A stretch of DNA of 38,479 nt from Octopus bimaculoides (Eukaryota), in the NCBI RefSeq assembly GCF_001194135.2, contig NC_069004.1:12910618-12949096 (forward strand), in the 5' to 3' direction. Numbering within the stretch: the first letter of the stretch is position 1; each line of letters begins with the position of its first letter. Positions 11,471 through 23,082 of this stretch are shown here, piece by piece. A program made the translations under genes and the position numbers. The notes beneath the pieces were generated by a model, which searched no databases, was not told the origin of the DNA, and saw only the letters and a program-made list of their open reading frames with translations.

Positions 11471-12379
11471 GACTATCTACATTGGCCATATCTGGCCCAA
11501 ATATTCTACCTGTTTTATGTTGAAACTGGCCTCTCATATTTTCCCTGGTGTATCATTCTAAAAATGATTATATCATAAGCATTACATTTCACACATTAAT
11601 TTGAATACTAAAGGGTTAAGCTAGTACAATATAAGCAAAAAAAAAAAAAAAAAAAAAAAAAGACTAGCTTAATGCTTAAATCTAATAAATGGAGATAAGG
11701 GAGACAACTTCAAAATATTAATTCATCAAAATGAAAATTATGCATGCAGCATAAGATGAATATAATTTATGTCAATAAAATTTCACTCATAAGGTATTGG
11801 TTAATTCAAGGTCATCATCATCATCATTTAACATCCATTTTCCTGGCTAGCTTGACAGGAACTGTTAAGGGCTGCATCAGGTTTCATAGTCTGTTTTGGC
11901 TTGGTTTCTATGGCTGGATGTCCTTCCTAATGCCAACCACTCCACAGAGTGTACTGGGTGCTGTTTAAGTGGCGCCAGCAACAGTGCTTTTTACATGGCA
12001 CCTTGGTTTTGGGATTTCAAATGTGCTACTAGAAGACATGTGTTTGAAGAATTTTTAGCCAGCCTCCAGACTAACATAGCTACTGAGAGTAATATGTTTT
12101 GGCAACAACACAACATAGAAGAAATTCCAGAATTTGAACCATAAATTTTCCAGTTTGCTACCTAAAATGCTTCTGATGTATCCATTCACACTTGCTGATT
12201 TCATAGAAGAAATAGCTAAGAAAAACTCTTGTATATAAATACTGATGCCAGTTGATGAAATATAATGTACCCAGGCTAAGTAAAAAGATGTAAAGATCCC
12301 TTTGATCATGAATGACCATGGGGTTCCAACTAAAAAGTTACAATCCAAGGCACACGTCCAGAGAAGGCTGTTTATTGAA

Positions 12380-12615
12380 GACCAGCAGTTGTCCATGTAT
12401 ACCAGCCTCCACTCTCCACACCACCAGTGTTATCCAAGGGAAAGGCAAAGGGGCCAATACAGCTTGGTACCAGTGACATCACCACTCATTTCTACAGATG
12501 AGTGAAATGGAGCAATATGAAATAAAGTATCTTGCTCAAGAACAGAACCCAGTCCAGGAATCAAGCTCACCACCTCATGATTGTGAGCCTGACACCCTAA
12601 CCATTGAGCCATGCA
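12380..12615 (-). mobile_element. tRNA-head SINE family S4; second copy ~26815-27120(-)
   Basis: Minus strand ggctcaatggttagggtgtcaggctcacaatcatgaggtggtgagcttgattcct (tRNA-like A/B boxes) followed by cttgagcaagatactttatttc. Confidence 0.7.
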
Positions 12616-14024
12616 CCTTCCATAAGAAAAATTACTGTGAAATCATATGGTTTGCACCCCCGTTTTTGCCTATTTGTGTTGGTAAGATCTTCTTCAGATT
12701 AGTGAATAAGCATTTTCCACATAAGTACAGGAAAATTTTCAGTAGGCACACTTTGAGGGTCTCTTTTTGTTGTGCATTTGGTATAAATACTTTGTGGCAT
12801 TTATTCTGCACAAATAGCACAGAAATTCCCTTGTGTTCACCATCAGAAATTAAGTAGCTCTTTGGAAACCTGTAACCAACAGGTGTCTGTTATTGTTCAC
12901 AAAATGCATGGTCGTCATCATCATCGTCATCATCATCACTGTTTTAACATCCACATTTCCATGCTTGCATGGATCAGATGAAATTTGATGAGGCAGATTT
13001 TCTATAACTGGATGCTTTTCCTGCAGCCAATCCTCACCTATTCCCAAATTGGGTAATATATTCCCATAGCTAGACATGGTTTTCACAGAGGACTGGAAAC
13101 AAGAACTTCATTTGGATGATGATGATCATTTACAACCATGAGTACACACATACAAACATATACCATCATCATCAGCATCATCACCATTTAACATCCATTT
13201 TTAATGCTGGCATGGGTTGCATGGTTTGACAAGAGTTGGTAAGCTAGAAGGCAGCAACAGGCTCTGTCTGCTTTGGCATGGTTTCTAGGGTTGGATGCCC
13301 TTCCAAATACCAATCACTTTACAGAGTGTACTGGGTGCTTTCTACATGGCCCACAGCACTGGTGGAGTTATTAAGTAAGTTGCAAGACAAAAAAACCCTC
13401 AACTGGGAGGAGGGTGTAGTATCCAGGGGAAGTGGCTTTGTGCCAGTTGACAGAGGTTAAAGTATGATAGAGGGACAGGGACAGAGGTCTTGCTGTTGAG
13501 GAAATACAGAGGTAGTCTTGTTAAAAATGAAAGGAGAGATTTAGAGAGAAAAACAGAACAAAGAGAGAGAGAGAGTTGGTAATGGGTATGTGGGGGTGGG
13601 GGCACACACAGACCCTCAAGGTATAGTGGGGGTGGACAGGGTGAGAGAGCAGGGGTGATTGAAGGGAAAGTTTCATAAGATTGTGAGGAGAAATGGTTAG
13701 AGATGTGGTGGAGGTGTCTGTAGCTAGTTATGGTGAGAGATAGAGGAGTGGCTCAGGGAGGCTTTGGTAGATATGCGAGGGCATAGAGAGTGACAGCAGA
13801 TAAGAGAGGTGTGAAAGATGGAGTATGGCAGAGGGGAGAGGAAGCAATAAGCTGAAAGAACAGAAAGGAGGTGATTGGTGGAAATAGAGGGTGGGGGGAG
13901 ATAATGAGAAATGGAAGTGGTTCCAATGGGGAAGAGGAAAGTTACCAAAAGGGAGGGGATGTAGCATTTGCCTCTTCTGCTCTCAGGTGATTACAGCATC
14001 CCAGTAGTACCAGAGATTGAGAAG

Positions 14025-14061
<37 letters not shown>

Positions 14062-14106
14062 NNNNNNNNNNNNNNNNNNNNNNNNNNNNNNNNNNNNNNN
14101 NNNNNN

Positions 14107-14182
<76 letters not shown>

Positions 14183-14190
14183 CGTGCGTG
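14025..14190. repeat. Compound (GA)n/(GT)n microsatellite with internal gap; other (CA)n/(TA)n/(GA)n tracts near 18375-18420, 23030-23075, 31271-31310, 35150-35190, 36460-36660, 37510-37730
   Basis: Direct reading. Confidence 0.95.
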
Positions 14191-14948
14191 TGTATCTATT
14201 ATCTTCTACTTGTTTCAGTAATTTGACTGCAGCCATGCTGGAGCACTGCTTTGAAGGGTTTTAATCAAACAAATCAACTCCAGGATATATTATTTTAAGC
14301 CTGGTATTTATTCTATCAGTTACTTTTGTTGGACTGCTAAGTTGCGAGGATGTAAGAACACCAACACCGGTTGTCAAGCAGTGGAGGAGGACAAACACAG
14401 ACACAAAGATACACACACACACATACATACAGATAGATATACACACACAAATATGATGGGCTTCTATCAGTTTCCATTGACCAAAACCACTCACAAGGAG
14501 AGCCCAAGGTTATAGTAGATGACACTTGTCCAAGGTGCCACAATGGGACTGAACCTGGAACCTTGTTGTTGGGAAGTAAGCTTGTGTCTATGTATGTATG
14601 TGTGTGTAAATACACACACACATGATGGGCTTCTTTCAGTTTTCATCTACCAAATCCATTTACAAGGCTTTTTTGGTTGGCCCAAGGCTATAGAAGACCC
14701 TTCTCCAAGGTGCCATGCAGCAGGATTGAACCCAATACCACTTAGTTAGGAACCAAGCTTCTTAACCACACAGCCAAGTCTGCACGAAGCCATGCCAGAT
14801 GTAAAAATAAGCTATTACAAGGTGGTGCCCCAGCATGGCCACAATCAAAATGACTGAAACATGTAAATGATGATATTAAGTCTATAAAACTTTGATGAGA
14901 ACTTTAACCAGAAAAATTACTACATGGTCAAAATGATAAATATAAATA

Positions 14949-15030
14949 TTTATTTTGTTCATGTAAAACTTTCTTCTCAATATTTGGGGGGAAAAAATGG
15001 AGCAAAAAGAACAGAATGAAAAGTTTTATT
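14949..15030 (-). terminator. Candidate polyadenylation signals (AATAAA at 15030-15025 and 14954-14949) of the RERG-like gene
   Basis: First AATAAA hexamers I found on the minus strand downstream of the stop codon. No transcript evidence. Confidence 0.3.
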
Positions 15031-15461
15031 CTACAAAAAAATTTAAAATAAATAAAAAATAAATAAAAAATTTGAAAAATACAAATAGATAAGGTTCTTT
15101 TTTTTTTGTTTTTGGTTTCCCCACCCACCCCTAGATTTCCTGGTCAGAATTATTAAGCAACAATATATCTATATATGTGTGCACACATTCCACTAGAGTC
15201 ACAGATTATTCCACTAGCCTCACCAACAACACTCGGCAGTGGTGATGGTCACGAGCTATTTCACAAACCGGTGTCACGTTTTTGCAATGAAATTCTTTGT
15301 AGATAAAGAGAGGAGACATAAAAAATACGTTCTTATCTGAATTTCAACTGCTTGTGTCTTGTCATTTTTTTTTTCTGTCTTTTTGTTGTTGTTGTTGTTG
15401 TTGTTATTGTTGTTTTCTTTAAATTTCCTTTCCTTTTTCTTTGCATAGCACTACAAGAAGG

Positions 15462-15628
15462 TCATGATTTTTTCAACCCAAATACACGATCAAGAAAAGT
15501 TCGAGATTTACGTTTAAAATCAATGATTTCTCTGCAGAGAATATGAAAAGATTCTAACACTTTGTTAACATCTTCTGATGCTGAAACTTCCATAAATGGA
15601 CACCCAAAATCAATGGCAAGCAGACGAC
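15462..15628 (-). CDS. RERG-like GTPase, last coding exon (167 nt incl. TGA), contains G5 SAS; no CaaX
   Basis: tttcag|GT CGT CTG... encodes (G)RLLAIDFGCPFMEVSASEDVNKVLESFHILCREIIDFKRKSRTFLDRVFGLKKS*. Phase 1 matches the previous donor. Confidence 0.93.
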
Positions 15629-15645
15629 CTGAAATGAAAATTATA

Positions 15646-16840
15646 TATAATTAAAAACTATAGTATCAATATAGTACAAATTAAATAACATCTTTTCCAC
15701 TTTGCTGGGACCAATGAAGTGGTGTGGTTTACAGGAAATTATGTTCCACTTAATGCAAGTACATATATTTCTACAGAAACACATTTTAACTCAGACACAA
15801 CAGGAAAAGTAAGCCTTTGGTCACCCTGGGACTATAGAAGACACCACTTGCCCTAGGTGCCATGCAGTGGAACTGAACCTAAAACTACATGATTAAAAAA
15901 CAAAATGCTTTACTTCACGTCCATGCCTGTACTTTGTTTTGTATTCATTCTGCAGAGTTAAGTAAGTGACTAGTTGGTTCAATGTGCATTCCTAGCCAGC
16001 AAATGTACAAATGTAAAAGACTATATTGACTGGGTGAATAAACCATCAGTCAAAACTTAAGAGGTACCAGTCACCACAAATTTCACAATGAATGAAAGTG
16101 TGTATGTGTGTGTAGGACTCACACAAGCCATTCATCTATTCCTAGCTTCCTTGTCAACCACCAGACCAGAGAACAAAGGACCCTGTTCATAGATGTCAAT
16201 TACAGTAGCTTTAGTTTAAGCTAAATACTTCTCCTGCAGTTGCCTCAGCAGGTAGAGAACATAAATACAATTAAAAACTACAGTATCAATACAGTATGGG
16301 TTAAATAAGTGATCCCTGATGAATTTTAAGAAAAAAACATAATTAGTTGGTTCAATCTGCATTCCAAGCTACCAAATGTAAAAGTCTGTTGATTGGGTGA
16401 ATAAACCAATTAGACAAAGCTTAATTCTTTAAGATTTAATCTGGCCATATCTGGCTCAAATATTCTATCTGTTTTATGCTCAAACTGGCCAGATCCTGCC
16501 TGTCACACCTACCCTACAGTGTCATTTTTGAAATTATACAATCGCATATCAAAATCTCAAGGCTACAAGATAATAATTGATTAGTTGACAGAGAAATGTG
16601 AATGCTAAAGGGTTGAAGAACCAGTCACCACAAATTTTGCAATGAACGAATGAGTGTGTTGTGCATGTGAAGGGCTCACACAAACCATTCATCTATTCCT
16701 AGCTTCCCCATCAACCACCAGAATTGAGAGCAAAGATTCCTGTTAAAGGCTTTCTACAGGTTGATGGATGCCAATTACAGCAGCTTTACTTTCAGCTAAA
16801 TATTGCTCCTGAAGTTGCCTCACCAGGTACAGAACATTGG
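15646..16840. repeat. Diverged local tandem duplication (~15646-16262 and ~16263-16840), each copy with its own later insertion
   Basis: Collinear blocks aattaaaaacta.agtatcaata, tagttggttcaat.tgcattcc, gggtgaataaacca, ccagtcaccacaaattt, ccattcatctattcctagcttcc, agctaaata, agttgcctca. S2 SINE in copy 1, family A MITE in copy 2. Confidence 0.8.
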
Positions 16841-16899
16841 TAATACTTCTTCCTAACAAAAAATTTTAACTGCATCTCATATAACCTGGCTTTTTCTAA

Positions 16900-17250
16900 T
16901 TAATGAAGCTTTAACTCTTTCTGTAACTTTCATGACCTAGTCCAGCAATTATTTTGATACCTTTGTCACTTCCTCTCTCCAAAGTATCTTCTCGATCCTT
17001 GTAACAGCTGACTACAATGTTGCTACACCAGTTGTCAGGTATGATACCTTCCTGTACAACCTGATTGACCATACAGGTATCTAGGCTGCATCTTATACCA
17101 CCTGATATTTTAAGAATCCCAGCAGTAATTTCCTGATAGTCCAAAGGCTTTCTCTGCCTTCATATCTCTAATTGCTTTATCTGTCATACTGCTGCCAACT
17201 AGGAAGACCCACTTTTTCCTCGGCACTCTCCACATTTCATAGCTTTTAAT
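16900..17250 (-). mobile_element. RTE-clade LINE RT N-terminal remnant
   Basis: KAIRDMKAEKA..., ITAGILKISGG, VNQVVQEGIIPDNWCSNIVVSCYKDREDTLERGSDKGIK matches the RTE pattern KA+..MK.GKAPG.SGITAE+LK...IP.DW.......YK.KGD.L.RGNYRGI. Confidence 0.8.
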
Positions 17251-17269
17251 ATCTTTTACTTGTGGCCAT

Positions 17270-17625
17270 GCTGAAGCATCACCTTGAAGAATGTTTAGTC
17301 GAATGAATTGACCCCTGTACTCATATTTTTAAAAGCCTCGTACTTATTCTACTGGTCTCTTTTGCTGAACTGCTAAGTTATGGGGATGTAAACACACCAA
17401 CATCGATTGTCAAGTGATGGTGGGGGACAAACACAGACACAAAGATACACACACACATATTTACAACAGGCTTCTTTCAGTTTCCATCTACCAAATCCAC
17501 TCACAAAGCTTTGGTTATCCTGAGGCTATACTAGAAGATACTTGTCCAAGGCACCATGCAGTGGGACTGAACCTGAAATCATGTGGTTGGGAAGCAAGCT
17601 TCTTACCACACAACCAAGCCTGTGT
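17270..17625 (-). mobile_element. tRNA-head SINE family S2, near full length
   Basis: Head ggttgtgtggtaagaagcttgcttcccaacc...ggttcagtcccactg (A/B-box-like), body cttggacaagtatcttctagtatagcc...gtgagtggatttggtagatggaaactgaaagaagcc, CA/TG tract, tail ccatcacttgacaatcgatgttggtgtg...cagcatggcc. Other copies at ~343-636(+), 14197-14600(-), 14620-14785(-), 15790-15930(-), 18445-18600(+), 27400-27560(-), 29835-30195(-), 33858-34105(+), 35860-36010(-), 36780-36915(+). Confidence 0.8.
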
Positions 17626-17774
17626 CATAGTAACACTTCCTTGCCTGTTTCTTTTCAGAGTTACTAAGGACAAGCAGACCATTATCTATCCTGACACCCT
17701 TCTCTCCTACAATATCTCAATATTCTCTGATACACTATCTTACAAACCAGAACATCTCATGCTTCTGGTCTTCA

Positions 17775-18213
17775 CAGTGGTTCTCAACGTGGGTCCACAA
17801 AAGATTTTGTTGTTAAAATTTATGTGCAATAAATTGGTTATACTTCTACGCAACACAAAATATTTTAACAATTTTTTTTATACAATTCCAAATAATATCA
17901 GCATTCAGATTATTCCGTCAAATGTAATGCTAATTTATTCACATTGTTTTGAACTAATCATGCATTATCTCATAGCTTTCAGATTTCGATGATCTGATTG
18001 CTTTTTTTTAGAATGACATTGTATGGTAGGTGTGAGAAGCCGGATCTAGTTGTTTTGAACACAAAACAAGTAAAATATTTGGGTTGGATATGGCCAGTTT
18101 AAATGCTAATGGGTTAATTATAAAAAATATGATTTTTTTTAATATCGAATGACTAGGAAGGGGCCCTTAGGAATCAAAGGGGTCCATAGATAAAAAATGG
18201 TTGAGAAACACTG
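17775..18213. mobile_element. hAT MITE of the same family, interrupted by a piggyBac-like MITE (~17898-18113)
   Basis: TIR CAGTGGTTCTCAAC / GTTGAGAAACACTG. Internal sequence aligns with 18962-19217 (ttgttaaaa..tatgtgcaata..ttggt..cttctac). TSD not recognisable. Confidence 0.75.
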
Positions 18214-18374
18214 CTGTAGAACATTGGCAAACCTCCACTGTCTTTCTAAGTTTGTCTCTGCTTTTTTTTTTATGGTTCTGTCTACCTTGGTGTTCCACTA
18301 CCACATCACTCATGGCCTGGCTGGAACTTTGTACCATTCACAGATTTGGTCAGTAGCAACTTCCGATTGTTGCA

Positions 18375-18410
<36 letters not shown>

Positions 18411-18961
18411 CCCTCTCTCCCTACACACACATGTATGTATATGTATAAAACCATGGGAACTTCTCTCAAAATATAGGTTTGAGTTCAGTTCCACAGCACA
18501 GCACCTTGGGCAATTTTCTTCTTCTATAACCTAGGGCTGACCAAAACCTAGCAAGTGGATTAGGTTGATGGAAAGTGAAAGGAGCCTGTTACATGTGTGT
18601 GTGTGTGTGTGTGAGAGAGAGAAAGTTTAGATTTGTGCTTCTCCAAAATGTACTGAATAACAACAGACAAAAATAATATCCAGCTATAAAACAATGACTC
18701 ATTATATTCATCCAATGGACATAAAAATAAATATATATACATACACACACACATGCATACACACACAGTACTTAGAATGCACGTCAATGAAGTGTAACAT
18801 GTTTCTGAGAAATATATTCATCACAAAAGAGTTCAATAGACATGGTACGCTTAGATACGTCTGTATGAAAAATATACAACCAAGTTTAAACCTCCAAGAA
18901 CATCCATACATAATGAAATATTTGTAGAGAATCCCTATATAGCTTGAAAGAGCCTCTAAAT

Positions 18962-19217
18962 CAGGGGTTCCCAACCAGGGTCCATATGGCCCTTATGAGT
19001 GGGGACATATAATCTTTCCTTGTTAAAAATTATGTGCAATATATTGGTCACACTTCTACCATACACAAGATATTTTAATTTTTAATATAATTCGTAATAA
19101 TGTTTAATTTAAAAAATATAATGGGAATTTTTAAACACTGAATGGCTGTGAGGGGCCATTAGAGTAAAATAGGAAACAAAGGGGCCCATAAGTAAAAACA
19201 ATGGTTGAGAAACACCA
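18962..19217. mobile_element. hAT (Charlie-like) MITE, 256 bp
   Basis: Imperfect TIR CAGGGGTTCCCAAC / GTTGAGAAACACCA. Perfect 8-bp TSD CTCTAAAT (18954-18961, 19218-19225). Confidence 0.85.
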
Positions 19218-19462
19218 CTCTAAATATTTACTAGACCGGCTAAAGATAGCAGCCAGAATTCTATTAAATCATATTCTCATATATAAAAAAAGGATACCTT
19301 TGATAATGTAGCTCCATATACTGTATATACTATATCAGAACAAAGACAGGATGTTCAAGGCTGTACTGCTTTTGATCATAGATCTGATCAACCAGGGCTG
19401 ACCAGGGGTTAAATAACACAAATACATGTGGAACATTCTGTAAATGGAAATGGATTATTTAC

Positions 19463-19670
19463 CTTCATCGTGTGTCACCTGACGGACATGGGCCATATCA
19501 GCTTTGTTACCAACTACAATCACCGGGACATGGGCAGCTTTTTTGACGTCTTCGATTTTCCGTCGAATATCTAAAATTATGTCAAAGCTTGTCCGACTGG
19601 TCACTGAGTAAACCAACATGAATCCATCACCCCAGCGGATCACATCGTCCCGAGCTCCATTATCTTGGTT
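19463..19670 (-). CDS. RERG-like GTPase, third visible coding exon (208 nt), contains G4 NKAD
   Basis: gacag|AAC CAA...GAA G|GTAAAT. Encodes NQDNGARDDVIRWGDGFMLVYSVTSRTSFDIILDIRRKIEDVKKAAHVPVIVVGNKADMAHVRQVTHDE(G). Confidence 0.95.
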
Positions 19671-19759
19671 CTGTCATTACATAAACAAAACAAGAAAAAT
19701 ACAATGATAACAAGAAATACTATAGTTGTTTACTACAAACAACAACATAGGCTTGTAAC

Positions 19760-20440
19760 AGAAAGCTGGCACAGTCACATAGAATTGACAGTCACACAAT
19801 TACACAGAAACAACACAGTCACACTAAAGTATGAACAGTGACAAAAGAGCTGACACAGTGACACAAGAATTGTCACAGTGATACAAGAGCTGGTGCAGTC
19901 ACACAAGAGTAGTCACAGTGACACAAGAGCTGGCACAGTGAGACACAAGAGCTGGCACAGTGAGACACAAGAGCTGGCACAGTGAGACACAAGAGCTGGC
20001 ACAGTGAGACACAAGAGCTGGTGCAGTCACTCAAGAGCTGTCACAGTGAGACACAAGAGCTGGTGCAGTCACTCAAGAGCTGTCACAGTGACACAAGAGC
20101 TGTCACTGTGAAAAAAGAGCTGTCACTGTGAAAAAAGAGCTGTCACAGTGACACAAGACCTGTCACAGTGGCACAAGACCTGTCACAGTGGCACAAGAGT
20201 TGTCAGTCACAGAAGAGCTGGCAGTGACACATAAGCTAGCACAGTAACACAAGAACTGGCACAGTGACACAAAAGCTAGCACAGTGGTACAAGAGCTGAC
20301 ACAGTGACACAAGTGCTGACACAATGACACAAGTACTGGCATGGTGACACAAGTACTGGCACAGTGACAAGAGCTGGCACAGTGACACAAGAGCTGTCAT
20401 AGTCACACAAGAGCTGTCATAGTCACACAAGAGCTGACAG
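19760..20440. repeat. Minisatellite, ~18-22-bp unit (cacagtga(ga)cacaagagctg(g/t))
   Basis: About 30 degenerate tandem units by eye, ending ~90 nt from the 3' splice site of the 19670 exon. Confidence 0.9.
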
Positions 20441-21662
20441 TTCATATTGCTGTATTTTCCAGCATACAAGTCAGCACTGTATATAGTGTAAACATTCAAA
20501 CATTGTCACTATTTTTGGAAATCCTGTAGCATTTCACAAGGAATTTTCAGTTCTCCAAAGCCATCTTGGTATATAAGTCAATGTACCTTTTTTTCTCCAC
20601 TATAAATTTCGATCTGTAAAATTTGGCTGGCATGCCAGAGAAAATGGTAACTCAGTTGCAAACTTCAGGGGTGAAAAAAAATTAACCATTATCATTATTA
20701 TTACAATTATATAATGGTGAGCTCGCAGAATCATTAGCACACCAGGCAAAATTCTTGGCAGCATTTCGACCATCCTTATGTTCTGAGTTCAAATTCTGCC
20801 AAGGTTGACTTTGCCTTTTATCCTTCTGGGGTTGATAAAATAAGTACCAGTTGAGAACTGAGGATCAATGTAATCAACTTCAATCTTCCCCACAAACTTG
20901 CTGACCATGTGCCAAAATTTGAAACAATTATTATTGATAATGATAATGTTGATGGTGATGGTGGTGGTGAAGGCAGTTAAGATGATGTGGTGATGATGTT
21001 GGTGATTATAGTAGTGATGATGACGAGTCTGACACCTCACAACTCTACTTGGCTCTGTTCACTTAGATATTGGAAGAACATTTAACGAGTCTTCCAAGAA
21101 TGGCAGAGGTGATAACGAACTGGTATCATGTACAACAAAGGGATTTATCTCACCTGCATTTATCACCAAACTATTGAATCTCTTGAGCTAAGTACTTGCT
21201 TTATTAAATCCGTCTTGTGTCCAAAGGAAACATCATCAACATCATTTTCATTACCCTCACCATCAACATCTTCATCTTTTTTTTATGTCTCCTTTTCAAT
21301 GTTGGCATGGGTTGGATAAAGACTTATGGAAGCAGTATTTTTAGACCAAATGTTTCTTCCTGTTGCCAAACACTTAACTGCTCTTTTTTTTTTTCAAGTA
21401 AGGTATTTTTATTAGAATGGCCTTCACAAGTTAAAAGTGAAAAGCTCTGGGATACACTGTTTAAAGGAAATGTAAACAGCATAACACTGATCTACTCAAA
21501 TGGTATCATACGAAGATCTGCATGTGAACATTCATGTGTACACACAAAGACAGGTGTGTGTAGTGTGATTTATCAAGACAGATATTTTCTATGGCTGGAT
21601 ACCTCCCTGTCACCAACCGTCAACCCTGTTTCCAAGTAAGGTAATATTTCCACAAGGCGGCA

Positions 21663-21878
21663 GGCTGGTGAGCTGGCAGAAATGTTAGCATGCAGAGTGA
21701 AATGCTTAGCGGTATTTTGTCTGTCTTTACTTTCTGAGTTCAAATTCCACTGAAGTTGACTTTGCTTTTCATCTTTTGCGGTTGATAAATTAAGTACCAG
21801 TTATGTACTGGGGTCGATCTAATCGACTGACCCCCCTCCCCCAAAATTTCGGGCCTTGTACCTAGAGTAGAAAAGAAT
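21663..21878 (+). mobile_element. tRNA-head SINE family S3
   Basis: ggtgagctggcagaa..ttagc...aaatgcttagcggtattt...ctgagttcaaattcc..gactttgc.tttcatc...gataaattaagtaccagtt..actggggtcgat. Other copies at ~1525-1720(+), 3290-3515(-), 5130-5360(+), 20715-20930(+), 22079-22275(-), 29868-30050(-, nested in an S2). Confidence 0.8.
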
Positions 21879-22351
21879 CATCATCATCATCATCGTCCGC
21901 TTTCCATGCTAGCATTGGTTGGACGATTTGACTGAGGACTGGTGAAACCAGATGGCTACACTAGGCTCCAATCTAAATTTGGCAGAGTTTCTACAGCTGG
22001 ATGCCCTTCCTAACGCCAACCACTCAGAGAGTGTAGTGGGTGCTTTTACGTGTTACCGGCACGAAGGCCAGTCAGGCGGTGACAAACAAGGACAGACAAA
22101 GGGACTAAGTCGATTTCATCGACCCCAGTGCGTAACTGGTACTTATTTAATCGACCCCGAAAGGATGAAAGGCAAAGTCGACCTCGGCGGAATTTGAACT
22201 CAGAATGTAGCGGCAGGCAAAATACCATTAAGCATTTCGCCTGGTGTGCTAACGATTCTGCCAGCTCGCCGCCTTTTATATATATATGCCAACATGGAAA
22301 ACAGACTTTAAATAATGATGACAATGATAATGTCTGTAGGATGTTGTTTAA

Positions 22352-22564
22352 CCCTTTTGATACCGACCCGGCAGAAACTGCCTCTGGCTCTAGGTCTTAT
22401 TTCCGAAAGTTCTGAATGAAAACCTTCCAACAAACCTTAGTCACAATTTATGTTCCTAACACTAGCTTAATAATAACTAAGTTATTTTACTAAATTCTTG
22501 GTTAAATTTGAAATTAATTGAAAGAAACACAGAACATCTCAACAGAAATATGGTAACAAAAGGG
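22352..22564. mobile_element. piggyBac-like MITE family B, copy 1
   Basis: TTAA|CCCTTTTGATACC ... GGTAACAAAAGGG|TTAA. Confidence 0.8.
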
Positions 22565-22585
22565 TTAACAAAATGATTAATTTAA

Positions 22586-22805
22586 CCATTTTGATACCAA
22601 CCCACTTGAAACCACCTCTAGCTCTGTAGTTCAAATGTCTTGTTTTCAAAAGTTCTGAATTAAAATCTTCCACCAAACCTTAGTCACAATTTATGTTCCT
22701 AACACTAGTTTAATAATAACTAAGTTATTTTACTAAATTCTTTGTTATATTCAAAATTAATTGAAAGAAACAGAGCATCTCAACAGAAATACGGTAACGA
22801 AAGGG
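22586..22805. mobile_element. piggyBac-like MITE family B, copy 2 (direct tandem to copy 1)
   Basis: TTAA|CCATTTTGATACC ... GGTAACGAAAGGG|TTAA. Interior nearly identical to 22352-22564. Confidence 0.8.
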
Positions 22806-23028
22806 TTAATGGAGACTTGGCTGCTATTTCTAGCAGGTTAAGTGATCATGTAAAATGGGGAGGGATGGCAGAAGGGAGGAAAGTACATAAACAATTTAGG
22901 GAGGGGAAAAGGAATAAAGAAAGAGATAACAAAAGAAGATAGGGAAGAGGAACAAATTCTTTCTCTGAGTTTGAAAGTTTGACAGAGATGGGAGATGTGT
23001 CAAATGTTCAGCTGCAAGAACATTTCTC

Positions 23029-23082
<54 letters not shown>

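Noticed and set aside
8340-15000. Possible plus-strand protein-coding gene (acceptor-like sites near 8941, 9257, 10534, 11156)
   Set aside because: All frames tested hit early stops and gave no recognisable protein.
16305-16345. CCCTGATGA here and GCCTGATGA at ~37733 as further hammerheads
   Set aside because: No stem II closing onto GAAA, no NUH triplet and no stem I complement found.
19455-19643. ORF-track call as a standalone 62-aa protein
   Set aside because: It is an internal exon (19670-19463); the apparent start is a GTG valine codon.
19760-20440. Many CACAGTG heptamers (RSS/Transib-like)
   Set aside because: No ACAAAAACC-like nonamer at 12- or 23-bp spacing and no terminal inverted arrangement; they are part of the tandem unit.
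20163-20499. Cys-rich ORFs resembling metallothionein or keratin-associated proteins
   Set aside because: They are translations of the minisatellite, lie inside an intron of the GTPase gene, and have no splice or start context.
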